A DNA stretch of 64,000 bases, taken from the NCBI GenBank assembly GCA_963717005.1, contig OY970324.1:4241937-4305936 (forward strand), written 5' to 3'. How positions within the stretch are numbered: position 1 is the first letter of the stretch; each line of letters begins with the position of its first letter. Both the position numbers and the translations under genes were made by a program. The stretch comes from an uncultured delta proteobacterium. GTDB lineage: Bacteria; Desulfobacterota; Binatia; Binatales; Binataceae. This document shows positions 45,168 to 55,920 of the stretch, in pieces. The notes below the pieces were generated by a model, which was given only the letters and a program-made list of their open reading frames with translations, had not been told where the DNA came from and made no database searches.

Positions 45168-47447
45168 TTAGCTGCCAGTAAGTACGGTCGTGGCGGCGTT
45201 CAACCTGTCGCTGTAGGCGTTCAATGCGTCGGCGGTCAGCTTGACGTAGCGGTTGACGTCGGACCAGCGGCGGTCTTCGATTGCTTCGCGGACTCCGGGC
45301 AGGGTCTTGGCTTCATAACCGGTGTAGCGGCCGGGGGCGTAGATTAAGTTCCTGTACCAGTTCCTGTTCGGCAGTCCTACATTCTCCGGCGCAAGGGTTT
45401 GGTCTATGTCCAACATTAAAAGTTGCAGTCGGGCTATCTGAGAGGTGGATAGGTGTGAGGCGTTTTTCGCGAGCGCGTCGTCGTAAGTCTTCGCACTGCG
45501 CATCAGACGAGCGACCGCGTCGTTCAGCGGTGCAAACTCGAAATGCGGGACCGGGTCGAGCGCAGTTGGCAGACCGCTTGGCCTTGTTGGATCGGCAGCT
45601 AGCTGGAATGCATGGTCGTGTAACAGCTTGGCTTGAGTCTCGGCCTCCTTGCGCTCGTCATCGGCCAGCTTCTTAACCTGATCCAGATAGTCCGAGACCG
45701 CGTTTGCGAAAGCGCTCGCGTTCTGTGCCGGGAGATCGGCGTCAGCCACGCTCAGTACTATACGCCCAGCCGTCCTTGCCAGCGTCGCGTCATAGACGAA
45801 GCCGGGATCGACGAAGCGGCTGTGATGCTCGAAGGTGTCGTAGCGCGAGTGATAGACCCCGCCTGAGTGGCCTTCCTCGTAGAAGCCTACGTCCAGCACG
45901 GGGATACCCAGGTAATCGAGAAATGCCGAGAAATCGGAGCCTGATCCTAACGCCGCGATCGGGAAGTCTTTGTTCGGGTCTGCCGCGATCTTGGCCTCGC
46001 TCCTTGCGTGCTCGGTCGCATTGGGTGCGAGGGCAGCTACCCGCATTTTCGCGCGCAGCCGTTCGCCTATCGAAACTCCGGTTTCAGGATCGATCACGTC
46101 GGCGGCGACCCGATTAACCAGATGCTGAAAGTCCTGGCTGCCACCTACACCTAGAAAGCCGCGCTCATTGGAGTCGGAGTTTATATATAGGACTACTTTC
46201 TTCTTGAGTTCACTCGCGTGCTCCTCCGCCCATTCGGTCGAGCCCAGGAGCATCGGCTCTTCGGCGTCCCAGCTCGCGTAAACGATCGTGCGCTTGGGCC
46301 GCCAGCCTTGCCTGGCGAGTCCGCCAAAGGCCTTAGCCTCTGCCAGCAGAGCCACTTGACCTGACAAAGGATCGGACGCACCAAAGACCCATCCGTCGTG
46401 ATGATTGCCGCGGACTACCCATTGGTCAGGCCAGGTCGAGCCCTTCATGGTCGCGATGACGTCGTAAATGGGCTGTTGCTGCCAATCGGACTTTACCGCC
46501 AGGTGGACTACTGCGGGCCCCGGTCCTACCCGATAGGTTATAGGCAGTCCGCCGCGCCATGCAGGAGGAGCTACAGGGCCTGCCAAGGCGCCGAGGAATA
46601 CCTGCGCGTCGGCGTAGGATATGGGAAGCGTCGGAATCTTCATGATAGTCGGCGCGTCGGACATCTTCAGTCGCTTGGCGTCCTTGGTCGCACCTACGCC
46701 CGGCGTAAGAGGATCTCCGGGATAGAGACCCATATCGAGCACCGAGCCACGCTGTATGCCGTGGGGAGGGCGCATAGGACCATCGGGATAGGTCTCATCG
46801 ACGGAATAGCCATCTTGCGCCGGGTCGGAATAGATGATGCATCCGATAGCGCCGTGGTCCTCGGCTAGCTTGGGCTTCAGCCCGCGCCATCCGCCGCCGT
46901 AGCGCGCGATGACAATCTTGCCTTTGACACTTACGCCCAGCCGCTGGAGCATCTTGTAGTCGTCCAGCATCCCATAGTTCACGTAAACCAGCCCGGCGGT
47001 TACATCGCCGTCGCGCTGATAGTCAACGTAGGCAGGCAGCGCGGGATCGGTGGCCCTGGCGCTCGAATCGCCGGGAATCGGCGGCTCTTGCAACGTAGCT
47101 TTGAACGGCTTGGGACCTACCAGCTCCAGTGTCTCACTTACAGGCTTGGGATAGAGCACCCAGAAGGTTTCGATGTGCGCATCCCAGCCCCACTCCTTGA
47201 ACCATGCAAGTATCTGATCGGCGTTGGCCTTGTCGTGCGGCGAGCTTACGTGATTCGGCTCCGCGGCCAGCAGTTTCATCCAGTCGCGCAGTTCGTCCGG
47301 ATGAATAAGAGCGTCGAATTTGCGTCCAAGCGTGGCGCCGTCGGATGCGAGCGGAGTTGGCGCGCCGAACGCAGCACTTATGCAAAGATAGCCCGCCGCC
47401 GCGAGTATGACGGCGACCTTTGCGGCAATTTTAGATTTCCAGGGCAC
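45168..47447 (-). CDS. Secreted M28-family peptidase with PA and transferrin-receptor-like dimerisation domains (glutamate carboxypeptidase II-like)
   Basis: Signal peptide, PA domain, and M28 zinc ligands (HHDGWVFGASD, DAEE, SDSNE region). Confidence 0.8.
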   Translation of the reverse strand: MPWKSKIAAKVAVILAAAGYLCISAAFGAPTPLASDGATLGRKFDALIHPDELRDWMKLLAAEPNHVSSPHDKANADQILAWFKEWGWDAHIETFWVLYPKPVSETLELVGPKPFKATLQEPPIPGDSSARATDPALPAYVDYQRDGDVTAGLVYVNYGMLDDYKMLQRLGVSVKGKIVIARYGGGWRGLKPKLAEDHGAIGCIIYSDPAQDGYSVDETYPDGPMRPPHGIQRGSVLDMGLYPGDPLTPGVGATKDAKRLKMSDAPTIMKIPTLPISYADAQVFLGALAGPVAPPAWRGGLPITYRVGPGPAVVHLAVKSDWQQQPIYDVIATMKGSTWPDQWVVRGNHHDGWVFGASDPLSGQVALLAEAKAFGGLARQGWRPKRTIVYASWDAEEPMLLGSTEWAEEHASELKKKVVLYINSDSNERGFLGVGGSQDFQHLVNRVAADVIDPETGVSIGERLRAKMRVAALAPNATEHARSEAKIAADPNKDFPIAALGSGSDFSAFLDYLGIPVLDVGFYEEGHSGGVYHSRYDTFEHHSRFVDPGFVYDATLARTAGRIVLSVADADLPAQNASAFANAVSDYLDQVKKLADDERKEAETQAKLLHDHAFQLAADPTRPSGLPTALDPVPHFEFAPLNDAVARLMRSAKTYDDALAKNASHLSTSQIARLQLLMLDIDQTLAPENVGLPNRNWYRNLIYAPGRYTGYEAKTLPGVREAIEDRRWSDVNRYVKLTADALNAYSDRLNAATTVLTGS

Positions 47448-47452
47448 GCAGC

Positions 47453-48451
47453 CTAGGCGCGCAATCCTGCCAGGCAGCCGGTGGCATCCAGGATCGCATC
47501 CAGTGCGCGCTTATCGCTAACGGCCTGATACTTTTCGAGCAGGGTGGCGAGCGATTTCGCGTGATACTTCTGCGGCTTCTGAGTCCAGGTCCGTCCGCCC
47601 AGCTCGACGCTGAATTCTTCCTTGCCATTCGCGATAGCGGCCGCGTTCGCAACCGTCCACGGCACGAAGAGTCTTCCCACCTGGCGCTCGAGTAGCGGGG
47701 TCAACGTCGGTGCCAGGCTTGCCCACGGCTCGAAGCTCCCTTCGGCTCGCGGCCATAGCATGCGATGGATCCACGCCAGCGTATTTGGCGTGGTCGCGTT
47801 GATGATCGCGCCGGGAGTCGGATCGGTCCAGGCGTTGTAGAGCTGCCCCCACATCGCGAAGTCGCCAAACGCGGGACGATTACCGAACAGATAGGATCGC
47901 TGCGCAAGGTGAGGCTCGAGAATCGTGAGCGTGTCGCGGAACGAGTCCTCGATTTGCGGCGCCGTCTGCGGATTCGATCCGACAAAAGAGACGCGCGGAA
48001 CCATCCGCTCGCGCACCATCGCAATCCCGTTGGCCAGCTGCGCCTCGTCCACCCCCGGCATCATCGAGCGAGCGATGCGGCCGGCGGCCGAAAGGATATC
48101 CGCCTCGCGCGCCCAGCGATAGTGGAACATCCACTTGTTGCCCCATTCGTCGCCGAACTCCTCGAGCAGAGCCGAAATAAAACGGGCGCTCGGCTCGGCA
48201 GGATGAATCGAAGGCTCCGGATGACTCGCTTCAACCTGCTCGATGATCGGCGTGGAATCCTGGATTCCCTTGTTGTCGGGCGTGACGACCAGCGGCACCA
48301 GCGGAAGCTTCTGGTACTTCTGGTATTCGCCCTCGGTGTCCAGACTGCGCGGAATCCATCGATGCGGAATCGCCTTGTAGCGGAAGTACGAACGGACTTT
48401 CACGGAGTAGGGAGAAAGCTCGATGCCGTGAATGCGGTATTCGCTGGTCAT
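47453..48451 (-). CDS. Glutathione S-transferase-like protein
   Basis: GST N-terminal region (ELSPYSVKVRSY) and a C-terminal helical domain. Confidence 0.65.
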   Translation of the reverse strand: MTSEYRIHGIELSPYSVKVRSYFRYKAIPHRWIPRSLDTEGEYQKYQKLPLVPLVVTPDNKGIQDSTPIIEQVEASHPEPSIHPAEPSARFISALLEEFGDEWGNKWMFHYRWAREADILSAAGRIARSMMPGVDEAQLANGIAMVRERMVPRVSFVGSNPQTAPQIEDSFRDTLTILEPHLAQRSYLFGNRPAFGDFAMWGQLYNAWTDPTPGAIINATTPNTLAWIHRMLWPRAEGSFEPWASLAPTLTPLLERQVGRLFVPWTVANAAAIANGKEEFSVELGGRTWTQKPQKYHAKSLATLLEKYQAVSDKRALDAILDATGCLAGLRA

Positions 48452-48551
48452 GCTTCAATCCTCGACCGCGAGTATCGCACAGAGCCGGCGGATTTTGTAA
48501 ATGCTTCGGGCGCCGCGGATCCTCCCGCCCGCTCGGAGGTCAGACGCGACC

Positions 48552-48592
48552 GCCGGCGAACGGGGTTTCCGGTGCCCTCGCGCCAGAAACCC
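48552..48592 (-). terminator. 11-bp-stem hairpin AACGGGGTTTC..GAAACCCCGTT downstream of the small lipoprotein gene
   Basis: Seen directly. No U-tract. Confidence 0.35.
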
Positions 48593-48638
48593 CGTTGATG
48601 CCGGCGAAGCGCAATTTCGGGTGGGACGGTGCTCCCGC

Positions 48639-48902
48639 CTAGTATCCCTTTTCGGGGACGATCGTGTTCTTGTTGGTGTCGTGCTCCGGACCGTGGCAGG
48701 CCGTGACCTTATCGATCGAGGCGTTCAGATTGGACGCAATCTGCTCGTCGGTCTGGCCGGCTGCCGTCTGCGTCTTCACGACGTTACAATCGACCGGATC
48801 GTTCGACGGAGAAAACGTCGAGCAGCCGGAAAATCCCGCCGCTACGATCAACAGTCCTGAGATGCTTGCGACCCAAAGTCCGCTGCGTGTTTTTCGTTCC
48901 AT
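48639..48902 (-). CDS. Small lipoprotein (87 aa)
   Basis: MERKTRSGLWVASISGLLIVAAGFSGCSTF lipobox. Confidence 0.55.
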   Translation of the reverse strand: MERKTRSGLWVASISGLLIVAAGFSGCSTFSPSNDPVDCNVVKTQTAAGQTDEQIASNLNASIDKVTACHGPEHDTNKNTIVPEKGY

Positions 48903-49392
48903 GATTCTCCTCCCGAAGTCAGAATTGTCTCTTAGTTTTGCCCGCTCCCCACGGTCACAAGAGCAATCGCGCATTCTTATCATCTGCCGATGCGCTGGGA
49001 AAGCAAGACCACTGGACGGACAGGAGGCTTCAGGCGAGCAGATGCTATCAGCAGCCGAAACGAGACCGCTGGAGCTACTTGAAGATTTAAGGAAACTTCT
49101 CTTACGATTCCGGCATTCTCACCCTGAGCTGGCAATTTACTAGCGACAAGCCGAACAACGTATAATCAACTGAGAATACTATACGTTTGCGTCGCCGCGT
49201 TGCACACGATCGCGCGCAGCGGCGGCCGGCGTTCAGCGCCGTACTCGCGCGCGAAGTTCCGCACTGACTGATCTGCCAGCGATGATTACATTCCCGCAAA
49301 GTTGAGGGGAGCGGGCGGCCGGCCGGGCATCCACAGGGGTCCGATCCAAACGGCTTGCGTCCGCCCCCGCGAAGTTGGAAATTCAGCGTTCG

Positions 49393-50520
49393 ATGAAGAT
49401 TGAAAAGCAACGTCCCACCATCGCTGAGATCGATCTCGGCGCGCTGCGCTCGAACTTTCGCGCGCTGCGGGCCGTGGCCGCGCACGGCGAGCTGATGGTG
49501 GTGGTCAAGGCCGACGCTTATGGGCATGGCGCGGTGACGGTCGCGCGCACGCTGCTCGACGCAGGCTGCCGTCATTTCGGAGTGGCCACGCTCGACGAGG
49601 GCCGCGAGTTGCGCGAGGCCGGCGTTCATGCGCGCGTGTATCTGCAGGCGGGGTTCTTCGCGCAGCAGGTCGCCGAAATCGTCGCGCTCGATCTGACCCC
49701 GTTCGTTTTCGACGCCTCGCTGATTGGACTCCTCGATCGCGCGGCGGCATCCGCGGGCCGCAGCGACTTTCCGATCCACGTAAAAATCGACAGCGGTGCG
49801 ACGCGGCTCGGCGTGATGCCCGCGGACATCCCGGATTTGATCGAAGCGATGCGCGGCGCTTCGGCGGTGAGACTCGAGGGCCTTTGCACCCTGCTCGCCA
49901 ACGCCGGCGATCCGAAGAGTCCGATCACCGACGCGCAACTCGGCGTCTTCAATCAGGCAGTCGAGACGCTGAAGGCCGCGGGGATACGGCCCTCGGTGAT
50001 CCACGTCGCAAATTCGGCGGCGCTCGTGCTGCGCTACGATTCGCACTTCAACCTCGCGCGGCCGGGACTCGCGATCTATGGCCTGCCGCCCGTGGCCGCC
50101 GTGCGCGAGCGCGTCGATCTGCAGCCGGTCATGACCTTCAAGACTCGGCTGATGCAAATCAAGCGCGCACCGGCCGGCAGCGGGGTCGGCTACGGGCATA
50201 CCTTCGTCGCGCCGCGCGAAAGCCTGATCGGAGTGCTGCCGGTGGGCTACGCTGACGGCTACCGCAGGGGTCTGCAACACGGCGGCGAAGTAATCGTACG
50301 CGGCAAGCGGGCGCCGGTGGTCGGCGCGGTCTCGATGGATCTGACGACGATCGACGTCACCGACGTGGCGGGCGCGGCGGTCGGCGATGAGGTAATCTTG
50401 TGGGGTGAATCGGGCGGCGAGACCATCAGCGTGAACGACGTCGCGCGCCTGGCGCAGACAATTTCCTACGAGATGCTATGCACGGTCGGCAAACGAGTGC
50501 CGCGCGTGATTCGGAGTTAG
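49393..50520 (+). CDS. alr: Alanine racemase
   Basis: VVKADAYGHG PLP-lysine motif. 375 aa. An alternative TTG start lies at 49375. Confidence 0.9.
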   Translation: MKIEKQRPTIAEIDLGALRSNFRALRAVAAHGELMVVVKADAYGHGAVTVARTLLDAGCRHFGVATLDEGRELREAGVHARVYLQAGFFAQQVAEIVALDLTPFVFDASLIGLLDRAAASAGRSDFPIHVKIDSGATRLGVMPADIPDLIEAMRGASAVRLEGLCTLLANAGDPKSPITDAQLGVFNQAVETLKAAGIRPSVIHVANSAALVLRYDSHFNLARPGLAIYGLPPVAAVRERVDLQPVMTFKTRLMQIKRAPAGSGVGYGHTFVAPRESLIGVLPVGYADGYRRGLQHGGEVIVRGKRAPVVGAVSMDLTTIDVTDVAGAAVGDEVILWGESGGETISVNDVARLAQTISYEMLCTVGKRVPRVIRS

Positions 50521-50526
50521 AGGGCG

Positions 50527-52095
50527 ATGAAGAACGACAAGGTCGTGATAAGGCGCGCGCTGATCGGCGTCTCGGACAAGGCGGGGGTCGCGGATTTCGC
50601 CAGGACGCTCGCGCGGTACGGTGTCGAGATCGTATCGACCGGAGGCACCGCGGCGGCTCTGGAAGCAGCCGGCGTGAAAGTCAGATCGGTCGAGAATTTC
50701 ACCGGGCTGCCCGAGATGCTCGACGGACGCGTCAAGACGCTGCATCCGAAAATTCACGGCGGCATCCTGGCGCGGCGCGGCGACGAGAACCATCAGCGTG
50801 AGATGCGGCAGCACGGCATCGAGCCGATCGATCTGGTGGTGGTGAATTTCTATCCATTCGAGAAGACCGTGGCCGCGCCCCACGTCCGGCTGACGGACGC
50901 GATCGAAAATATCGACATCGGCGGTCCCACGCTGGTCCGCGCCGCGGCAAAAAATCATGACGACGTTGCGGTGGTGGTCGATGCCGCCGACTACGCAAGG
51001 ATCGCGGCCGAGCTCGACGCGAACAAAGGCGCAATCACCGCGGACACGCGATGGCGCCTCGCGCGCAAGGCCTTTGCGCGCGTGACGGCCTACGATGCCG
51101 CAATCTCGAATTATCTCGGCACTCATACTGAAGATAGCAACGCGCCCGCCCTCGGCGAGAGCTTCAGCCTTTCGCTCGAGCGCGAGCAGGCGCTGCGCTA
51201 CGGCGAAAATCCGCATCAGACCGGGGCGCTCTACGGCCGCTTCCACGAAATCGCGCATCAGCTTCACGGCAAGGAGCTGTCGTTCAACAACGTCGTCGAT
51301 ATCAGCTCGGCGATGAACCTGATGATCGAGTTCAACCACGAGCCGAACGCGGTCGTCGCGATCCTCAAACACAACACGCCGTGCGGCGTCGGCGTCGCCG
51401 ACACGCTTAAAGGGGCGTGGGACAAGGCCTTCGCGACCGATCCCGACTCGCCTTTCGGCGGCATCATCATAACCAATCGGCCGTGGGACATGGACTTCGC
51501 GCGCGCCGTCAACGAACTCTTCACCGAAGTGCTGATTGGCCCCGCTTATCCCGACGACGTGATCGCGTTCTTGCGCAAAAACAAAAATCGCCGCGTGATG
51601 ACGTTCGACTCGAAGGCGGTCGATCGCAACGAGTTCGACGTTAAGAAGGTGCTCGGCGGCTTGCTCGTGCAGACGCCGGACCTGGCGATCGAAGATCCGC
51701 GCAAAGGAAAAGTCGTGACGCGGCGCGCGCCCAGCGACGCCGAGATGCGTGCGCTCGCGTTCGGAATCAAGGTCTGCAAGCACATCAAGTCCAACGCGAT
51801 CGCGTTCGTCACCGAAGATCGCACGCTGGCGGTCGGCGGTGGCGCGACCTCGCGCATCGATCCGGTATACGCGGCGCGCGAGAAAGCTGCGCGGCTGAAA
51901 GTCCCGCTCGAGGGCTCGGTGCTGGTATCGGAGGCGCTGTTTCCGTTCCCCGACGGCCCCACGCTCGCCGCCGAAGCGGGCGCTACCGCGATTGCGCAGC
52001 CCGGCGGCTCACTGCGCGACGACAAGGTGATCGAAGCGGCCGACAAGTTCGGACTCGCGATGGTCTTCACTGGAGTGCGCCACTTCAGGCATTAA
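50527..52095 (+). CDS. purH: Bifunctional AICAR transformylase / IMP cyclohydrolase
   Basis: MGS-like N-terminus (ALIGVSDKAGV..VSTGGTA) and the AICARFT domain. Confidence 0.92.
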   Translation: MKNDKVVIRRALIGVSDKAGVADFARTLARYGVEIVSTGGTAAALEAAGVKVRSVENFTGLPEMLDGRVKTLHPKIHGGILARRGDENHQREMRQHGIEPIDLVVVNFYPFEKTVAAPHVRLTDAIENIDIGGPTLVRAAAKNHDDVAVVVDAADYARIAAELDANKGAITADTRWRLARKAFARVTAYDAAISNYLGTHTEDSNAPALGESFSLSLEREQALRYGENPHQTGALYGRFHEIAHQLHGKELSFNNVVDISSAMNLMIEFNHEPNAVVAILKHNTPCGVGVADTLKGAWDKAFATDPDSPFGGIIITNRPWDMDFARAVNELFTEVLIGPAYPDDVIAFLRKNKNRRVMTFDSKAVDRNEFDVKKVLGGLLVQTPDLAIEDPRKGKVVTRRAPSDAEMRALAFGIKVCKHIKSNAIAFVTEDRTLAVGGGATSRIDPVYAAREKAARLKVPLEGSVLVSEALFPFPDGPTLAAEAGATAIAQPGGSLRDDKVIEAADKFGLAMVFTGVRHFRH

Positions 52096-52105
52096 CCGGG
52101 CTGCG

Positions 52106-53413
52106 ATGAAAGTACTGGTCATAGGCAAAGGCGGGCGCGAGCACGCGCTGGTCTGGCGGCTCCATCAGAGCGAGACCGTGTGGAAGATTTTCTGCGCGAG
52201 CGGGAATCCGGGTATCGATCAAATCGCGGAAGCGGTGCCGATCGCGCCGAACGATGCGGCGGCGTTGGTGGAATTCGCGAAATCAAAATCGGTCGATCTG
52301 ACTATCGTCGGTCCGGAGGATCCGCTGGCCGCTGGAATCGTCGATCAGTTCACTCGCGCCGGACTGAAAATTTTCGGCCCGACCGCCGCCGCTTCGCAGC
52401 TTGAAACCAGCAAGTCGTTCGCGAAGGCGATCATGCGCGAGGCTCATGTGCCGACCGCCGATTTCGCCGCCTTCGACGATGCCGAGTCCGCGCGGTGCTA
52501 TGTGAAGTCGCGCCCCGGCTCGATGGTCGTCAAAGCCGACGGGCTCGCGCTTGGAAAAGGTGTAACGATCTGCCACGACACAACCTCGGCTCTGGAAGCC
52601 ATCGCCGATGCGATGGAGCGGCACCGCTTCGGCGCGGCAGGCACTCGCGTAATCGTCGAGGAGTTCCTTACCGGCGAGGAAATTTCGTTCTTCGCGCTGT
52701 GCGACGGCGAGAACGCGATTCCACTCGGCACGTTCCAGGATCACAAGCCCATCTTCGACGGCGATCGCGGCCCCAATACCGGCGGGATGGGCGCGTATTC
52801 GCCGGTGCCGCAATTCGGGCCCGCGATGGAAGCGCGCGTGATGCGCGAAGTGGTCACCCCGACATTGGCGGCAATGAAAGCGCGTGGCGTTCCGTTTCGC
52901 GGGCTGCTGTTCGTCGGATTGATGATCGACGGCGAACGAATCAACGTGCTCGAGTTCAACGTCCGCTTCGGCGATCCCGAATGCGAAGCGCTGATGATGC
53001 GGCTGGACAGCGACCTCGCGGAAAACCTGCTCGCTGCCGCTGAAGGCAACGTCGCGAATGCGTCGATCAGGCTCTCGCCGCGCAGCAGTGTCGCCATCGT
53101 GCTCGCGTCGGGCGGATACCCCGGCGAGTACAAAAAAGGAATCGCAATCCACGGGCTGGACCGGCTCGAAGGCAACGTGCCCTCCGACATCAAGATAAAA
53201 TGGGCGATGAAAAAAATCCGGGTTAAGGTTTTTCACTCAGGCACTGCGATGCGCGACGGACACCTGGTGACCGACGGCGGGCGCGTGCTGACGGTAACTG
53301 CGATGGCGCCGGAGCTGGCGACCGCGGTCGATGCGGCGTACGAGGCGGCGCAAATGATCGAGTTCGAGGGACGCCACTTCCGGCGCGACATCGCGCGCCG
53401 CGCGCTCGGATAG
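52106..53413 (+). CDS. purD: Phosphoribosylamine--glycine ligase
   Basis: MKVLVIGKGGREHALVWRL. ATP-grasp. Confidence 0.92.
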   Translation: MKVLVIGKGGREHALVWRLHQSETVWKIFCASGNPGIDQIAEAVPIAPNDAAALVEFAKSKSVDLTIVGPEDPLAAGIVDQFTRAGLKIFGPTAAASQLETSKSFAKAIMREAHVPTADFAAFDDAESARCYVKSRPGSMVVKADGLALGKGVTICHDTTSALEAIADAMERHRFGAAGTRVIVEEFLTGEEISFFALCDGENAIPLGTFQDHKPIFDGDRGPNTGGMGAYSPVPQFGPAMEARVMREVVTPTLAAMKARGVPFRGLLFVGLMIDGERINVLEFNVRFGDPECEALMMRLDSDLAENLLAAAEGNVANASIRLSPRSSVAIVLASGGYPGEYKKGIAIHGLDRLEGNVPSDIKIKWAMKKIRVKVFHSGTAMRDGHLVTDGGRVLTVTAMAPELATAVDAAYEAAQMIEFEGRHFRRDIARRALG

Positions 53414-53418
53414 CCGCA

Positions 53419-54009
53419 ATGCCGGGCGTCGAGGATGGAATTGCGGCGTTGCAGGCCGGCGAGCTGGTCGTCTATCCGACCGAGACGTTTTACGCAATCG
53501 GCGCCGACGCCGTTTCCTCGATTGCTCTGCGCCGGCTATTCCAGGTGAAGCGGCGCGAGCCGGGACGCCCCGTCGGACTGATCGCGGCTGACACTGCGAT
53601 GGCGTTTTCGGTGGCGCGCGAAATACCGATCGCCGCACAGCGGCTCGCGGACGCTTTCTGGCCCGGACCACTGACGATCGTGCTGCCGGCGCGCGGCGGG
53701 ATCGCGCCCGAGCTGACGGGAGTTGACGGCGTCGGCGTGCGTGTATCGCCAAACGCTGTCGCACGCGCGCTCAGCGCGGGGCTCGGCAGACCGATCACGG
53801 CGACCAGCGCAAACCTGAGCGGAGCGCCTGCGGCGAGCGAGCTCGAACAGGCGCGCGCGGGCCTCGGCGAAAAAGCTAAAGTTTACCTTGAAGGCGGAAA
53901 ATTGACGGCCTCAGTACCAAGCTCAGTCGTCGCGATCAACTCAAGCGGGTGGAAAATGGTGCGAGTGGGAGCGATATCAGAAGATCAAATCGCAGGGGCG
54001 CTGAAGTGA
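53419..54009 (+). CDS. tsaC: L-threonylcarbamoyladenylate synthase (YrdC/Sua5 family)
   Basis: YPTETFYAIG, with a K-R-R..P motif. Confidence 0.85.
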   Translation: MPGVEDGIAALQAGELVVYPTETFYAIGADAVSSIALRRLFQVKRREPGRPVGLIAADTAMAFSVAREIPIAAQRLADAFWPGPLTIVLPARGGIAPELTGVDGVGVRVSPNAVARALSAGLGRPITATSANLSGAPAASELEQARAGLGEKAKVYLEGGKLTASVPSSVVAINSSGWKMVRVGAISEDQIAGALK

Positions 54010-55301
54010 GCGGGCTCGGCAAAAGGATCGAGCCGTTTCGCGCGCTGATCTACAACCGCCAGGTCGCCGGCGAGCCGGCGCAACTGGTCGCGCCGCCGTA
54101 CGACTTGATCGGCGCCGCGCGTCAGAATCAGCTTTACGAACGCAGTCCGTATAATGTCGTGCGACTCGAACTCGCGCGCGAGGCCGATCGTTACGGCGCC
54201 GCGGAGAAAACGCTCGCCGCCTGGATCGCGGCGCGAGTCGTCGAGCGGTCGGCGCGCCCCGCCATTTTTCAATACACCCAGACCTTCGACGTCGAGGGCC
54301 GGCTGCTCCATCGCATCGGATTTATCGCGCGAGTCCGGCTCGAGGAATTCGATCGCGGACGTATCCTGCCGCACGAGAAAACTTTCCCGGCCGCCAAGGA
54401 AGACCGGCTGCGCCTGCTGACGGCGCTGCGGATCAACACCAGCTCGATCTTTGGCCTCTACTCGGGCGTACATCCCGAGATCGATCGATTGCGCGAACAG
54501 GTTTCCGCGCGCGAGCCGTTGATCGATCTCGTCGATGATCTCGGGATCCGCAACGAGTTGCGCCCGATCGAAGCAGCCGGCGAAATCGCGGTCATTCAAC
54601 GCGCGCTCGAATCGCCGCGCATCTTGATCGCCGACGGCCACCATCGCTACGAAACCGCGCTGAACTATCGGCGCGCGCGCCGCCGCGAGAACGCGGCGAG
54701 CGAGCTTGAGCCGTACGACTACACGATGATGACGCTGGTGGCGTGCGACGATCCCGGGCTGGTGATTTTGCCGACCCATCGCGTCGTCAAGTCCTTGCCA
54801 GCCGATGCGATCGCGTCGTTCACGCACCGCGCGCGCGAAGTCTTCGAGGTCGTCGAGATCGCGCATCGCGACGAATTTCGCGCGCGCCTTAACGACTCGG
54901 GCGCCGGCGCAATCGGGGTGACCCTCAAGGACAGCGCCAACTACTTCATTCTCCGGCTCCGCGACGCCGCCGCGATGAAGGCGGCGATGCCGGACGCTCC
55001 GGACGAAGTGCGCCGCCTCGACGTGTCGATTCTGCACGCGCTGGTGTTCGATCGAATCTTCGGGCTCCGCGCCGACGAGATTCGCAAAGGTGGAAATATC
55101 GAGTACACGATCGAAATCGGCGGGGCGCTCGGCACCGTCGCCGAGGGACACGCCGACGGCGCGTTCCTGATGAATCCGCCGTCGATTCGCGATGTCGAGC
55201 GGGTCAGCGACGCGGGCGCGACGATGCCCGAAAAATCGACCTACTTTTATCCCAAGCTGATCACCGGCCTCGTGATGAATCCGCTCTTCGACGACCAATG
55301 A
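54006..55301 (+). CDS. DUF1015 family protein
   Basis: GTG start overlapping the tsaC stop. 431 aa with a conserved PPYD..HHR pattern. Confidence 0.7.
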   Translation: MSGLGKRIEPFRALIYNRQVAGEPAQLVAPPYDLIGAARQNQLYERSPYNVVRLELAREADRYGAAEKTLAAWIAARVVERSARPAIFQYTQTFDVEGRLLHRIGFIARVRLEEFDRGRILPHEKTFPAAKEDRLRLLTALRINTSSIFGLYSGVHPEIDRLREQVSAREPLIDLVDDLGIRNELRPIEAAGEIAVIQRALESPRILIADGHHRYETALNYRRARRRENAASELEPYDYTMMTLVACDDPGLVILPTHRVVKSLPADAIASFTHRAREVFEVVEIAHRDEFRARLNDSGAGAIGVTLKDSANYFILRLRDAAAMKAAMPDAPDEVRRLDVSILHALVFDRIFGLRADEIRKGGNIEYTIEIGGALGTVAEGHADGAFLMNPPSIRDVERVSDAGATMPEKSTYFYPKLITGLVMNPLFDDQ

Positions 55302-55918
55302 ATCGGGGGGCGCGGTTGATTCTCGTGCGTCACGGCGAGACCGACGGCGAGTCGAGCATCAGGTATCACGGCCGCACCGACGTGGCGCTGTCGGAAGTGG
55401 GCCGCGCGCAGATGCGCCGCGCGGGCCGCGCGATCGAGGCGCGCCGCGGCGGCAAACCTTTCGCACACGTTTTTTCGAGTCCGCTGGTTCGCGCATCCGA
55501 GGGCGCGCGAATCGTCGCCGGCGACTCGATGCCGCTCGTCACGATCGATGAATTAGCCGAAGTGCATTTCGGGTTGTTCGAGGGACTCACCGCGGAGGAA
55601 ATTCGCGAGCGCTATCCCGACGAGTTCGCGCGCTGGAACGCCGATCGTCTCGCGCCCGGCTACACTTACCCCGAGGGCGAAATCCGCGCCGATTTTACCA
55701 AGCGTGTCGAACGCGGCCTCGAGCGTGTGCTGACTCTGTGGACCCCGCGCGACGACGACGCGTTGCTGATTGCGCATCGCGGTGTGATTCGCGCGATCGT
55801 GCGAAAGCTCACCCGTCAGGAGCCGATCGTCGAGCTCGGTTCGATTCAAATTCTGCGCTTCGACGGCAGTTGGCGCGCCGAGATGTTCGATCTCACCGAT
55901 CATCTCATCGACGACTGA
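55298..55918 (+). CDS. Histidine phosphatase (phosphoglycerate mutase) family protein
   Basis: LVRHGET (RHG catalytic motif). Overlaps the upstream stop. Confidence 0.85.
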   Translation: MNRGARLILVRHGETDGESSIRYHGRTDVALSEVGRAQMRRAGRAIEARRGGKPFAHVFSSPLVRASEGARIVAGDSMPLVTIDELAEVHFGLFEGLTAEEIRERYPDEFARWNADRLAPGYTYPEGEIRADFTKRVERGLERVLTLWTPRDDDALLIAHRGVIRAIVRKLTRQEPIVELGSIQILRFDGSWRAEMFDLTDHLIDD

Positions 55919-55920
55919 AC

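Noticed and set aside
49102-53236. Minus-strand ORFs of 392-435 aa across alr, purH and purD
   Set aside because: Antisense artefacts. The plus-strand genes have canonical motifs.
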